Position numbers and translations under genes: made by a program. This document shows positions 1 to 13,863 of a stretch of DNA of 64,000 bases, one piece after another. The notes beneath the pieces were generated by a model. That model saw only the letters and a program-made list of their open reading frames with translations, searched no databases and had not been told where the DNA came from. Source of the DNA: Phoronis australis (taxonomy: Eukaryota; Animalia; Phoronida). Numbering within the stretch: position 1 is the first letter of the stretch; each line of letters begins with the position of its first letter. The stretch spans positions 60,486-124,485 of the forward strand of contig NMRA01000251.1 in assembly GCA_002633005.1 (NCBI GenBank). The letters are read 5' to 3'.

Positions 1-655
1 AATAGCCGGGTGCTTGAAGCACATACATGTACATGTACAATAAACACATATCTGGCCGATTTAACACTGTAAGAATACAGGACAGTATCGTAAATAAAGT
101 CATCGAGGTCAAGGACGGTACGGAAATTGTCAGTTTGTCGCGTAAAGTCACGATGTCGATAACGCCGTCCATCCGTAATTCATCGGTAATTTCCTTCCCG
201 TCCTTGACCTCGAGCCGTCCAAGAAGGAAGTGTGTTTGGGCTTCTTGTGAACATTTTTTTCCTTGACTGCGAATTTCTTACGAAGTCGCCGGAACAGGAC
301 ACCGTGAATGGTATTGGAAGAAAGAACAATTGGCAATGGCTTGCTGAAACCTTGTTTTGTGTAAATTTATTGAGATTTATGTTAGCTATGGAGGGCTGAA
401 GTGAAGCACCCGTGGAATTTCTAGTCGGGAGTGTCATATCTTGTAGTATTATATGTAGTGTATTGGGGCCGATCAGAAGCTGAGCGGACGCCTGTGGATA
501 CGGGCATCACACTCAAGTACTAGAAGAATCAAACAATGAATTCGATTTCCCACTTGGCGTAATTTCGTCGGCTTTGAGGCCATATGAAATCGACCCACTT
601 GCACGTGAAAGGCCGACGACATATGTGCTGTAACTATACCCTATCTCTCTTTCAG

Positions 656-3600
656 TGGACAGTGCGGCCATCCATCCTATTCGTCATCTATAGACTGGTG
701 ACTTCCTTGTATTTCCTCAGTGTTTTCATCTACAGCTTGGTCGTGTACAAATTCACCCCTCATTGGAAGTACATAACACTACTGACGCATTGGAGTTTTA
801 TTGTGCTCGTATGCACCGAACTCCTCAAAACCGTTACCGTTATAGTCGGGTATATACACGGTCGCAAGAAGCCGAACGGTAAGTGGCTGCAGGCTATCCT
901 TTCACACCTTATAAGACCACCCATTACCAACACACTCGTTAATGTTTACCAGGTGACAACTGATAGTTTCAGCAGACCCTTGCAGCAGAGTACAGGTGAC
1001 GCCGACCGTGACATTATGTTGAATCCGTAAGCAGAAACTACATGTATTCTCACCATAGGGGATGTGCCATGAATTGATAAATGTCTAGTGGTGCAGCAGA
1101 AAAATGGCCGACGCTGTCGTCAAACGTCTAGCAAACTTTAATTAAAAAAACGTAGGATTGAATTTGAGATTTCATCCATGACAAAACTTGCTCACGGGCG
1201 TCGCTGATAATCGTTCTTCAGATGCACTGTGGGACGGTTGTCGGCTTGTTAACATCCGCTGTCGTCACTGAAGACTTGTACGAAGACGAGTATATACAGG
1301 TGGTTAGATTTAACATCTGCGTGATCTGATGGCGGCACGCCTCGAAATATTTGGCGCAAAAGGTTTCTTAAGTGTTTCTCCATTGATTTGATGACTAGTA
1401 CCTACATTGCATGTTGCTCTCTTCGATAATTTTCTGTGACAACTGTTCAGTCTAACTGGCACCAAAAAGGATGTTTATGTGGGCCCGTGTTTTCAGTTTC
1501 CGTTGACGGAAAGGACAAGGTCGGATATCACCAGTTTTTAGCAGAAGACAAAAGTCGCGCAATGTGTTTGAAAAATAATGACAGAGTCGCAACTAAAATT
1601 CTCCTTTTTCGTTCGAATTTACTGGGGTATATTGCACTGCCGGCATACCATATACAAAATGCACTATTGTTCAGATGTTTCAGATGAACCAGTCCACACC
1701 AAGATGTCGCCTCTGTTCAAGATTACCTGGTTGGCGGATAACGTATCCAGCACAGCGGCACTCGTCATAGCTATTCTTTATTGGGCGGTCGTTTACAAAG
1801 GTAGGGTGTGATAATGGCACCTTAGGCTAAGCGATGAGCATGGTGGCTCAGGCAAACAAAGCAATAGTTAGGCAGGGTGTTTCATTCTGAGTGGGGATTG
1901 TGGCACGCGAGCTGATTACGTGGTGTAATAAGTAAATGTGACCATATACGTAACAGTTTGTCGTGGTTAAGATGTCTATTAATTTACAGAGGTGAACTTC
2001 TACCTTAAGTAGTTTTTCTTGGGGGGATGGACAAGGTAACAGCGACAGGCCATATTGGAGCGCCAGAGGCTTTCATTGTTGTATTATAGACTGCATCGAT
2101 TCAAACCGGCTTCTTGTGTGATAGCAGCAAATAATAAATGGCCGCTCCAGTCCGTGAAAAAGCAACATGGCTAAATTGCGCTGCTAAGTTTCTTAATTTT
2201 AACGTTTTGTGCTGGTCCCTTAAACAATCCTCTCTTATGTCTATTGCTTGCACGCCCCCACGTGGACAAAACTCTACAGCATCTCTATGTGCCCACCCTC
2301 CAATCGCCCACTTCCACGCGTTCCCCACCGATTAGTCATTGTATTTGCAGCTTCGGTGCCCGATTTTTTTCTTGATTTTCGGCTTCGTGTTTATTTTTCC
2401 AATACAACGCCGAAGTGTTACATTCTCTCCTTCTTAACAAAAGGCACTTCACAATTTTAATTTGACAAAAAACCTTACATGACGTACTGTCTCATTGCTC
2501 AACAACGGCGACGGCCAATGTCATTAGTCTCTTTATCGATTATTCTTCCATTTTATGCCGTACATACCATGTGTTTTTAGTGTACAGAGTTTCTCGTATT
2601 TTCGTAACTGGGGTGTTCAGTCACATAAAAAACAGGTGCTTGTTTTCATTTTTTTCGGCCAATATTTGAAACATTTTTCATCACTCAACAATCATATGGA
2701 AAGTCTTCATGATATGATGATAACGAAATTTGACAGAATGCGAGTATCGAGTCCAAAAAGCGAATTTTCAGAATCAGTGATCAGATTTCCAATAGGTTCA
2801 AGCTTGGCCAGATGCTGTACAAACCTAAATGTTCAGATTAGACCCAATGAATTGAGGTATTGATTCGGAACCACTGTGTGCTGGTTTGACCGGTATTCAG
2901 TCAGGCGTACCATCTTGCACGAAAATGACAGCTTCAACACACGTTATGCCATTCTGTCGTTTCCAGTAGCCACCACTTTTTTGCAGCATTGTAATAGGCA
3001 CATTCTAAAATGTAAACCAGAAAATTAGAAAATTAACGATACACTAAATCTAAATTTGTACGAGCCACTTAAGATGCAAAGGACCGTAATACATGTAGTT
3101 ACGAATTGCACTTATTTAGTGAGGAATTTTTATTGATATCCCTGAATTGGTGAAACTCGTTCTGTGTTCTAAATTGGTGAAAAAGTGCAACTTAACAGGG
3201 CTTTTTTGATTACCTGTACTTATTCGGCTGAGGAACGAGCGCCGAGGTCATTCCCCCTATGCAATGGAGTACAACTAATCTCGTCTCTGACAAGCGGGGA
3301 AAAATTTTGTGGTCAGTTCAGCTACAAAATGCGCTGCTAAAAATATCAAGTCACCCCATCAGTCAAACACGTTGGCATGCACTGCCAAAGAGCCAAAAAT
3401 CAAGACTTTATTTTCACTCAGTGCAACGATGAATTCGGCAAATCTTGCAAAGATTTTCTAAGTCTTGCCAACATATTCTACATGTATAACTGAGCTTGAA
3501 GATTTTCTTAGCACTTTCAAAAGCGGGAGCTTAGTGACCAAACCCCAGCACTATGGTATGCGGCCACTGAAGTGACAGCTCGGTGACGTAGGAGTGTTGA

Positions 3601-6324
3601 ATTGTGGGATTAACTCACCATTTCGACGCACTTTCGACCATGTATCTTGCCATTTTCGTTTAACTTCGTGAATGCCAACGGTTGCTATATTTTTCAGGAT
3701 GGGCGCTGGATATTCAGAACGTAACCACGCACGCTGTTAACGCAGTCTATGTTGTGGTAGATCATTTCATCTCGGGTATCCCGAAACGCTTTTACCACTT
3801 TTACCAACCGGTGGCTTATGGAGTCACTTACGGATTGTTTACTGTGATCTACTGGGCTGCTGGAGGTGAGCGGGGCAACTCATTGTTATCACTAGCCAAC
3901 AGTGGTCAGTTACAGTAACAAAACGAACGGACCCGTTTCTCGAAATATCTATAGCCAAAATTTGTTTTGTCATTTGGCTTTTAGTTGTCTCCCGAAAGGG
4001 ATACGATTTTATGTTTTTTCGGCTTGGATTTGTAGACAGATCTAAGCTATAGCCTTGCCATGATTCCGTGAATTGACCTAAGCAATTCATTGACTGGTAT
4101 TCAGCCAGAAGTGAAAAGACAAATACTATTAGACTTTTGGAAACAGGTCCCTGGATAATCATACGTGTACTGTAGCTCAACGTTCTTCAACATTTTGGTT
4201 TGGTAAACAGGAAAAAGATTGTTCAGATGAAACATGGACGGTGCAGTATTTGTGAAGTTCTTAGGCATCGTCTGTGCCCTTAACATGGCTTGGAATTTTC
4301 CCATTTTAATTGGGGTTCCTCATTTTTTGGTTTCAGTTTCCTCTTAGTTTTCATTTTTTTGCCTTTATTCATGCAAAATCGTCTATTTCATTTAAATTTT
4401 ACAACACAAAAATATTTCTGTACACTAGCCTACATGGAACGATAAATCACGTGGAAATTTTTTCTCCTGTTTATAATTGGTCATTTCAAGCCCTGTCTTA
4501 ATTTAAGGATGATGGAACAATGTTAATTCATAAACACATCGGGTGTCTTGATTTAAGCTGTTTTTTTAAAGTAAAATATGCAGCTCCCTACAAATTTGGA
4601 CTGCTGTATATTCAGAACGTAATCACGCGGTGCATATGATTGAGCCAGACCCAAGGCAACTCACCAACTTCAAGTTACTTGAGTGGAGCTCAAGTCTGAC
4701 AGATAGTCAGAAACAGACAAGTTGGCTGAATGTTAAAAGTCGAATCTCGGATTCTTAGTAGGCGATCCTTAATTTCTATGGTCAAGCCGCTTAATGACAA
4801 AATGTCTCTTAATTAAGAAAAGATATCATCAATTTTCAAGTTATGTTTGTCAGCTGTCTGATGCGTACAAAACATGTTACGTTTATCGCCGACAATGTCG
4901 TCAAAACCGATGACACTGTTATAAGCAGAAAAAAGTATACGTACTAGTTTTCATAGAATCTAAATCTTTGTATTGTGTGACTCAAAGGCAAGTTTCCTGC
5001 GTACTTTTAGTTTGCAACCGCGAACTTGGCAACTATCGAACTACTACGTTGTCGTTCTCCCTACAAGGTTGGTGTGCATTACAAGCTCCCCAACTATGGT
5101 CTGCGGGTCATCGATGGCGGACTATCGATGTTTCCACAACCTGATTGACTGGAATAGTTGTTAGCTGAATTGACGTGTCAAAACTATCCATAATCGCCCA
5201 AATTTGTGGTTATCCGCAGTAGAATGAAACGGGCGTCTCCACACAACGTCAGGAAAAAAACAAGTGCAGTAGTAGTACTGTACATGTCGTATTTATTTAT
5301 TATAGTGAGAAGTGCAATTAAATCAAACAGTTATAGGTATAACATTCGTAAGAAAGATAAGTACCCAGCCCAGTTGGGCTTATTAGTCACTTTAACCACA
5401 CAACTCAGATGTAGGCCTACCATAAATGCGTCGGTTTCTAAGTTCAAAAGCATACTTGATATATTTGGCAAATTGCCTAGGAAAATACTGAAATAGCAGT
5501 TTTAACTTGGCTAGTCTACTGAAATCTACAAAGTTTGGGATTTGAAGTGAAACATTATTAAACAGAATAGACCTTCGTGAGTAAAAAGTATAAAGAGAAC
5601 AATCAAACACAAAGGGTAGCTCATCCTCCAAAGAGTCAGAGTCACAACACAAACAAAGTCGTACACTTACAGGAGTGTTTACAAAATATAACGACCAGTT
5701 TCCAAGTGCAATGGGAGATTTCCTGCTCAAGCTGAGCCAGAAGAGACCGCTCGGAACGAGATAAATTAATCTTTACATACGGCTCAGTTAAAAACTCGTG
5801 CTTAAATAAAAAGTAGGTTCTTAATTTTCCACAAATTCATATTCATTTTTCCCATCAGGTACATTAAAAGGATAATTCATTTCATGAATGTAAGGAAACA
5901 CAATCAAAAATAACAGTGCTCCCAAAGGATGTATGATATTGTGCATTATATAATTTGTAAGTATTTTTTCGAATCTATCTCAAGGTAGGATAACATGAAA
6001 AAACAACAGACACACAGACACTTGACACAAGTATAAAACCTGCACGTATCACACGTTGTGTGGACAGAGGTACTATCAATTAATATAACAATTACATTGA
6101 TGCTTTACCTTACAGGAACGGACGAACGCAACCAACAAAGATATATTTACAGTGTCTTAAACTACGGGCCTAGTCCTGGGACCTCGGTTGGCTGGCTGTT
6201 TGCCGTCTTCGCCTTCACCTTTATCGTCCACTTAATCTTGTTTGGAATGACAAAGCTGAGGCAGTTTATTTACGTTAAGTGTTGCTCAAGACAAGTGATT
6301 TCACCGGACATAGAGATCGCCTGA
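656..6324 (+). CDS. rost: Protein rolling stone-like (FAR-17a/AIG1-type multi-pass membrane protein), 5'-partial; exons 656-878, 1684-1800, 3698-3865, 6116-6324
   Basis: Four exons with canonical splice sites (acceptors tttcag, tttcag, tttcag, ttacag; donors gtaagt, gtaggg, gtgagc) and consistent phase-1 introns join into 238 codons plus TGA. The translation has rolling stone-type motifs: W..P..LFVIYR, YITLLTHWSF, KITWL, ILYWAVVY, TTHAVN, IPKRFYHFYQP..YG..Y..FTVIYWAAGGTD, YIYSVLNY, VHLIL. No first exon was found, so it probably lies upstream of the window. Confidence 0.9.
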
Positions 6325-9300
6325 GGTGCGAAACGCCTCCAGCAAGGAGAAATTGTTTATTGATGGGTTAACACTATTGCCAGTGCCTAAAATGTCGGTC
6401 TCTAGGTATCGTTTGTTTTACCGATGTACTTATTTAATTAGACAATTACGCGCGTAGCGTTTTATCAAAACCATATTTTGCGCAGCACGTCCCCTCAAAA
6501 AGTTATGTCTTCGTTGTGACGTTGAGACGAGTACTTCCACCTCGACACATTTTTACACAGACACCTGAACGAGTCTGTACAGAACGAGATGAACGGACTC
6601 ATCAGGCTCTACCTCAAACGCGGGAGATTAGTTGACACCTTGGAGTGTCAGTGTGCGCCATCGGTGACTGTGGATAGCGCAGTGTCAAGAGCGCCGTTCA
6701 AGTGTGGCGAAAATCCAACGACCGCTTTGTTTTTCTTCGTGTTGGTTTTATATCTGTTCGGACTGAGAACTGATACGCAGCGTAGGGCCTACTCACCATA
6801 TATTCTTACATACTTAGATCTTAGGCATACGTTGGCTGCAATTGATGGACTTCACCAGTTCTGCTAGATAAAAAGGGTAAAGTATACATCTCAGTGATTA
6901 GGTCTCGGTGACAACTTCCGGCTTACAATTAAGCCATTCTGAAGAAACGTGATAACTATGCCTGCTCTGTCCAGTTAACTGAAATTGAGATCTAAAATGA
7001 GGTATTTGCTTTGGACAAACGAATTAGGTTTTTGATTTTAAAGTTCAACTTGGTCCAGAATCGAAACTTAACACATGAAATAGACGTAAGAATTATTAAC
7101 ACCAAGAAAGCAGAATTGATGATCAAATACTTTTAAATACGAGCCTGTTTTTTCATTTTAAAAAAAATATATGTTTAATAACATCAATTACTCTTTCAGA
7201 TCAATAACAAATCAACTGTTAGTACCGGTAGTCCCTACCTCACCAGGACCTAGGTTATGCTTGAAATTAATATTCTTTATCAACAAATTAAACGAGATGA
7301 GACAAATTGTACATGACAGCAAAATACGAGCAGATGCCTGGTTCGTGTAGAAAACATATTTATCAACAATTTACAAGCAGAAACGTTACTGCATTCAGCA
7401 TAAATCCTAATCCGTAACACTGCGATTGCCGCAATTTGGTCGTAATTTACTTTCCATGTTTCGAACCAGCTGTTTTCCTTAAATCTTATACGCTTTCGTG
7501 AGACAACTCTTTGGTGCATTGACTTTTTTCTACGTCTCTCTGGTTAATTATCGACACATTTTAAAGATTTAATATCCAGGTTGGACTCGAAAGACCGGCC
7601 ATTTAACTCACGCAAGGCCAGCTTCCGCTTTGTTTAGGAGGTACTGAACAGTTCTCATAGGGATTTGCCTATCAGAACACACGTCAATGGACTCTTCACC
7701 CTTTTTTCACTCTGCCAAAAACTGCAGGCAAATAAAGAAAAGTTTTGAGTCATTTCACATCACAAGCCCTACAGATGAGCACAGAAACTTTGTACTCTCT
7801 TGTATATTTGACCCGTTCACTCCCAGTGGAAACCAAGCTGAACTAAGAAAAATGAGGGCAACAAAAATGCAAAATCGGCACTTTTCACCCTAATATCACC
7901 ACTTCCCTGCCGATGCACGACTAAAACCAACAACAGACTCTGAAAGCAAATTTCCTACATATTCCGAAAATGTGGTCCAAAAGTACTGTCAACCAACTAG
8001 TTTTTGCAAATCTGGCTTGTTTGAGGGCTACCTGAAATCGTGGCCAATTTCTCAGTCTCTACCCAGCAATGCACAATTGCAACCGGAGGCCGCCATCTTG
8101 AAGAAGAGTGCAGCTACAGCCGAAAAAGTGGCTTTTTTATTCTCAGCATGTTCACAAATGCAAACAAATCACATTCACTGAGCCTACATGCAATGCCCAC
8201 CTACAAAATGCCCCAAACTTGGCCTACCCCAAAATTTTAATATAAATTGGCCGCGGCCGCAGCCTAACTCTTCAGTGCCACCTTATCGCAGTGAGCCTCG
8301 CTTTGGAGTTTAATGTTAGCCGAGTGAATTAGGTATATAGCCATCGGTTGTGACCACTAGCTTCCTGCAGTGTGCAATTGTTTTCACGTGGTTCTGTCGA
8401 GCACTGGTAACACAGGTGATCACTACAAATAATGGACTAATTAACGACTTTGTGACATCATTCAGTTTGGACACTGAAAATATTTTTCCAGAACTATTAC
8501 TGCTTATATAATGATGAATGTCTGAATAATCAAGGTTAAATTACCAATACCTCGTTGGAAGTGTTAAAAGTGTTTTGCACATTTCAGAGATCAAATTCAG
8601 TAGGTCACGTCGTCAAAATGTGCCACTCTAGACACCTCAGAGAAACAATGCCATTGACGAAAAGGTCGGTGATTCTGATAGTAGCAATGACTGCTACAGT
8701 CATTTAGTTGGCGCAGTCGAAATTGACTGTCTTGAACAGTCTGGTACGTTCGACAACCTTGAAGTCGACCTTCTCCACAACAAAGTTCAGCTTGATACCT
8801 GTGTATTATTCCCAATCATTCATTGCTTATGATGAAATCTTGTTGCTAAGAACGAGTGTTGAGGTGCTCAAGCGTGACCGTAAGTTTCCTAGGTACACGA
8901 GTCACCCCATAAAGGTACGACGGAGTGTTTCATACTTTGGCCAACGAAGTGCAAAAACTTAAGTGGTCAACGAGAAGTTTTAAGTTGTATATGTTAATGA
9001 TCGTATTCTACACGTACCTGTCGGGAACAGAGCTCGCTATCTATACCTAGTCAGTAGAGTCCACCAGGTCAGCCTAAGACTTTCCGGCTTGAAAGTCAAC
9101 GGGGTCTTGCCAGGGTTGTGTACCATTGGAAATGATCCACTAGTTCGACCGTTGGGCCCAAACCTTTACATCAGAAAATTATGATCAATCTGTAGGAAAC
9201 GAAAGTCCAAGATAACATAGGCTAGGTTATTAACCAGTAGTACGAGCTGTAGTGGTGAAGTTAAAGGTAAGTAAGCATCCAAAGCCCACCGTATCACCTT

Positions 9301-9629
9301 GAGCAGAGAACGTACGTTACTGTGCGTAGGCGCTACCTTCAAATGCCAAAAGGTGGTTGGCTCCGCCTATATGTGCGCCTGCGCTCCCCTACAGCACTGT
9401 TAACGAGTCGAAAGACCACATGACCTCTAATAGTTATGATCGATGAGGACTAGATTAGTATACATGTACATCTATGCACGGATCTAAAGGATCTCAAAAA
9501 GGCAATTTTAAGAGAACTGGTCCCACTATCGATGACTGGGAAACTCGTTTCGTCGCTTCCAGAATACTCGCGATGAGAACGGGTTCATGAGTCCAACCTT
9601 GTTACTATCCTCAGTGCAGCTGTACATGT

Positions 9630-11028
9630 AGGTCGTTACCGATGGTTGCGTTTACCGTGTGGAGCGAAAACACATGGATGCTCTTAATGTCCTACGAAGT
9701 CCAGGCTTGAAGGACAAAAGGGTCAAGCATCTTGGCCATAGGGAAACGGACAACATCTTGGAACTTTGTCCAGGCAACGCATGGCTTGGGCAGACATGCC
9801 GAATTTGTAGCGTTCCTTTCATATGGTGCAGCCCCTTGAGAAGTTCATTGCTACCTTGAGCGACTTCGATGCTACCTAGCGTGAGGTGACAACGAAATAC
9901 AAACAGTTGTGTTTTTCTCCCGGACATCTGGTCGTCGACTGAGAACTTCGTTACCATTTGCCAGATACATGCGTCAGTCCGTCCCCGATAAACTCATGTA
10001 GATGAGTAGTCGTGACAACTGTAATTTCAGATCAGCTGGAACGTTGCCTCCACCTCGTACCGGAGTCGCATAAAGATGATGCCAATCGGTGCAGGTTTGA
10101 AAGAATGAGTGCCAGGCAGGGTTGTGAGCTAACACGAGTCCCATCGCAAGGTGACTACGCAGGCAAAAAGCTGTGAAGTAACCGGCTCCCGTCTTTGAAA
10201 GTCTACCCTCTGCGCAAATACAACTGGTAGACCAATTGTATCTGAGTTTGAGCAGAATCTACCGCGAAGTCTACTTCACCTGACCCGGCTGAAGCTACCT
10301 ATAATCACATTAAGGAAATAGTTTCTGCAGGGGCGGATCCAGGATTTTGAGTAAGGGGGGGGGAGCAGGGCACAGGAATAACCAAAANAGATTTAAGTTA
10401 GCATTCACGCGATGTTGACGCGCGAGCTGATCTGACCAAATGGCGCACGCAAAGGATGTGTTATTCGGTTTCGTACTTACAGTTCTGCAGCGCAGCAAAG
10501 TGAAGCAAAGAAACTCGGGGTATCATCCTGGAAGATTCCCAGACACAAAATCTTACATTATAACTTGAAGATTCGCTATTGTAAGCAGCATTCATCTAAG
10601 AAGTCAACAAGCTACTGACAATGTTGCAGGACTAGTATAGATATAGTCTTGTGAAGCCGTGCTAGGAAACTTTTCAGCGCCTCCAACTTCGTCTTTGTAA
10701 AAATGGCACATGACTTCTTGTAGTGGACGAAGGACCCCTGTATCGAGCTGACGGCCATATGTATAGACGAATAACTACTATAAACGATTTGTACTACCAA
10801 AGCAAGGGTAGGCAATATCTCGTTTACCGAAAGGGGGAATTTGTACCCCGCAACACAATCTGTTGAGAGAACGATTCGATTTGCGACAACGTCGACTCCA
10901 CGATGGTTTTTCAAACTGGAGTTCCGGACTGGGTTGTAGTCGTCATAGTGGTTCTGGTCACAGCAGCCTCCTACGTAGTGGGCTTAACTTTCCCGACAAT
11001 TTTCAAGAGAAACAAGATGAAAGTGATG
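9630..11028 (+). pseudogene. Degenerate leucine-rich-repeat single-pass receptor (Toll-like/LRR-TM) ectodomain and TM exon
   Basis: Translation with frameshifts and stops gives LRR-like pieces: LERLRCYLA*GDNEIQTV (~9855), SRIKMMPIGA (~10065), LLHLTRLKL/YNHIKEI (~10270) and SIHLRS/NKLLTML (~10590). An LRRCT-like stretch follows (FL*WTKDPCIELTAIC...KGRQYL...NTIC), then a clear TM helix and basic stop-transfer (WVVVVIVVLVTAASYVVGLTFPTIFKRNKMKVM) ending at a GTAAGT donor at 11029. Boundaries approximate. Confidence 0.55.
10328..10480. mobile_element. Short insertion starting CAGGGGCGGATCCAGG (hAT-type MITE terminus) inside the LRR pseudogene
   Basis: The same terminus family (CAGGGGCGG/CAGTGGCGG) recurs at ~12858, ~49522, ~55628 and ~60407. 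Flanked by near-duplicated gtttctgcag / agttctgcag. Contains an N join at 10389. Confidence 0.45.
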
Positions 11029-11114
11029 GTAAGTAAATCGGTATATTATTTGGCTGGACTAACCACATATTGGGTACCTCTCTCATGCAGGATGAGCCCC
11101 AGTCTGTTGCAATT

Positions 11115-11670
11115 ACAGCGTTCTGTCGTTCAGTAACTTTTCCAGACGTGAGGGGTGCTGAACGCTAGATAACATCTGGCTCTTTTGTTAACTGCCCAGC
11201 TCAGTCTTTTGTCCTGTGTGATAACAAGCAGGCCAATTATCGCCCAGGCTTCAAAGGAAACGTATGAATCATACGTTTCCATCATTGATGGTTGCACGCT
11301 ATTACCGAAAGCGTATGAACACAGTCAAACTCAGCCTAGTGCATCCGTTTGGACAGAATAGATTGTCTTAACTTCTGTTGTAGTTAGGGGATTTTGGTGA
11401 TTCAAAACCGGAACATGATCAGCATTTGACGAGGGATTCAGAAATTCTATTGGTTTAAGCTCAAATATGTTATAACTTAACTTTCATTTTTATCAGCCCA
11501 GCCCTGTACGATATGATCGGAGATGAGAGCAATTATCGAACAAACGAGCGCAGGCCCTCCAACCATCAATGCCAGAATGGAGTTAATCAGTCGTGTAAGA
11601 TATTGGCTACGCGGGTAAACTTCCCAACTTGTTCAATTGGGCTATAGAATCGAACAAGTTGGGAGCAACG
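11115..11670 (+). repeat. Copy 1 of a ~0.5 kb diverged direct duplication (partner 13864-14330)
   Basis: Both copies begin acagcgttctgtcgttcagtaacttttccagacgtg and align with indels through gaagttgggagcaac. Copy 1 carries extra sequence around 11260-11350. Confidence 0.85.
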
Positions 11671-12567
11671 GGATGTCGCCTTCATGCTCTAAACAGGGTT
11701 GGTTTAGCGACTTTCTAGATGAGCGGGTTTGCCCAAGGGTGAGAATCCATGTGGAAACACATGCACACACAGATAACATTTCTCTTTGTTTAACTGAGAT
11801 AGGCGGAAAACCACATGCACAGACTGAATCCGCCAGTAGAATAAGGGCGTAGGATTCAATTTGCTGCATTTGAGCAATTGAACAACAAGACCAATCTGTT
11901 GAAGTCATAGGCGGATTTAGGGAGGGGGCAGGAGGCCCCCCCCCCTGGGCTGCCGCAAAAAATTAAACAGCAAGAGCGTAGGGAAATGTTGAGTTTATTA
12001 ATTAACCCCGGTAATTAAAATTATACGGATGAAACAACATTTAAATGTGTGCTGTTTTAGTGTTTGGGGGGGGGGCTCAGATTCAATTTCAAGTGTCAAA
12101 TTCGTAACGGAACTATGGCTAAGTTTAGGCTCTCCCGCGATATCCCAGGAGACCAGCAGTGGCGCTGCGCACTACGGCTCCGTTTCCGTTGTCTTCTCCA
12201 CTGTGCAATGAAGAAAATTTACTTCATTTCTTAAAGAAAATGGAACATGAGTGACGATGAAAAAACAGAAGCTGCTGGTAAGATGTGAATTTTAATCGAA
12301 GCCTTAGTGAATCACTCAGAAACCATAATTCTCTCTTTGTCAAACCTTAACTTAAGACGATTTCCAAAGCAATCCCGTCATTATTGCCAACACGAAAAAC
12401 GGATTTGGTCTTTTGGGCATTTGGAGACTATTTTAAATACAACAAAAATTTGTTAAGAACCGATTGTACAAAATATAAAACGTGTAATAAGCATTACAAA
12501 AAGAAGTAGGTTTCGCGCGCAAACGCTGTGGACCGTAAACAAGTAGGTATAGAAGTAGTAGTTAAAT

Positions 12568-12635
12568 CGTGGTGGTGTAGTGGTAAACCACGCGCGCTCT
12601 ATTCGCCAGGTTGTGAGTTCGAGTCTCTGGTTCCT
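12568..12635 (+). repeat. tRNA-derived SINE head / tRNA pseudogene
   Basis: A-box-like GGTGGTGTAGTGGT and B-box-like GAGTTCGAGTC at tRNA-like spacing, but I could not fold a convincing cloverleaf. Confidence 0.4.
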
Positions 12636-13125
12636 TGCACTTTTCCTGTTTGACACGTTCTCCGTTTTTTTTTTGCCTTTTTTCTTGGATAATACTTCAG
12701 GAATCAAGGAAAATGCTTGATTTTTAGAGGAAAAAACAGAAAAATTTCCTGACCTCCCCCCATTCGGTGCTATGCGCATCTACAATCGTGGTTTGGGCAA
12801 ATGCTTACAGTCGGACAAAATGTTGCCCCCCCTTGCGATATCCTAGGTCCGCCACTGTGAAGAACGCCCGAGACGCTTCGGGTGTTGATTAATTTCATTA
12901 AAATGCCATTAGGTGGCGCAGATTGTGGTCCAGCCCAACTCACGTTCTGACGACGGGAAAGGCCTCGTCGTGGAAAGATTTTGCCAAATTTCACGAAAAT
13001 CCGCCATCAGATTCTGAATATACAAAACTGGGAGTAGTCCTAGATACAAAGGCAAACGTACCAGGCACAACGGTTGACGGATCCATCCGACAGAAGTTAT
13101 CATTAGATGACGTGATAATCATAAT

Positions 13126-13249
13126 CATGGGCGGCGCAGTAGCCCCCACTTTTGTGTAGTGCGCCGCCCATGGTCACATAGGCGGCGCAGCATAGGGACC
13201 TGGGGGGCTATAGGCCCTCCCCACTTATTTCAATGCTGAGCCGCCCATG
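13126..13249. repeat. Tandem dimer of a tiny hairpin element (CATGGGCGGCGCAG...GCGCCGCCCATG)
   Basis: Two ~50-70 bp units, each bounded by inverted CATGGGCGGC/GCCGCCCATG-type ends. A related dimer lies at 53402-53544. Confidence 0.7.
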
Positions 13250-13863
13250 ATATTGTAGTATTACCACGTTCATCACTAGAACAAGTGCTGCACACAGATC
13301 ATGCAAGGGCGGTGAACTGAGGAACCACCTGGGAATGCAAAAACAACAAAACTTTCACTTAAGTGCCAAAACACTGCCAACTTCTGTGTAGCCAAAAACG
13401 TAGTCGCAGCGGGCCTGCGTTGACACGATGTTGCAACTCTATATGGGTAAGATCGAGGACTTTCTCACCGAATAAACCACTTTACATAGGTCACGTGTGT
13501 GCAACGACGTGTCCGGCATGTCGAATGCTTACACCGTGGCTTTCCTAACTGAAGTGTAGTTGTCAGGTAGCCTGCACTCACCAGGATTACCTGTTTCAGC
13601 CCACTAGCTGACACGCACCGGGTCGTATTGGTGTCAGGGTTCGAGCTATTTGCTGCCGGGCCCAACGGGCCAGATACTTGAAGACATGTATGAGACCACA
13701 TCCACGTGAAACGGTTTGCTGGCCCGGCGGCCGCAAATCCAGCGACTTCAGCTCTGGCCCTTTCGAACGCTGCGTACTGTATTGTATTGTTGCACCGGAA
13801 CGACTCTTGCACGCCACCGTGGCGTCAGTGCCACGACTCACTTATTAAAAAGCGCCCAGTCAT

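Noticed and set aside
6589-6867. 92-aa ORF downstream of the rolling stone stop codon
   Set aside because: It lies in the probable 3' UTR and has no motif or splice support.
9645-9700. Gag-like zinc knuckle (CGAKTHGCS*CP)
   Set aside because: It needs a frameshift and contains a stop, no protease, RT or LTRs are nearby, and the surrounding sequence fits an LRR receptor better.
10681-10902. In-frame TGA codons upstream of the TM exon as possible selenocysteines
   Set aside because: TAG stops and frameshifts occur in the same region and I recognised no SECIS; pseudogene decay is the simpler explanation.
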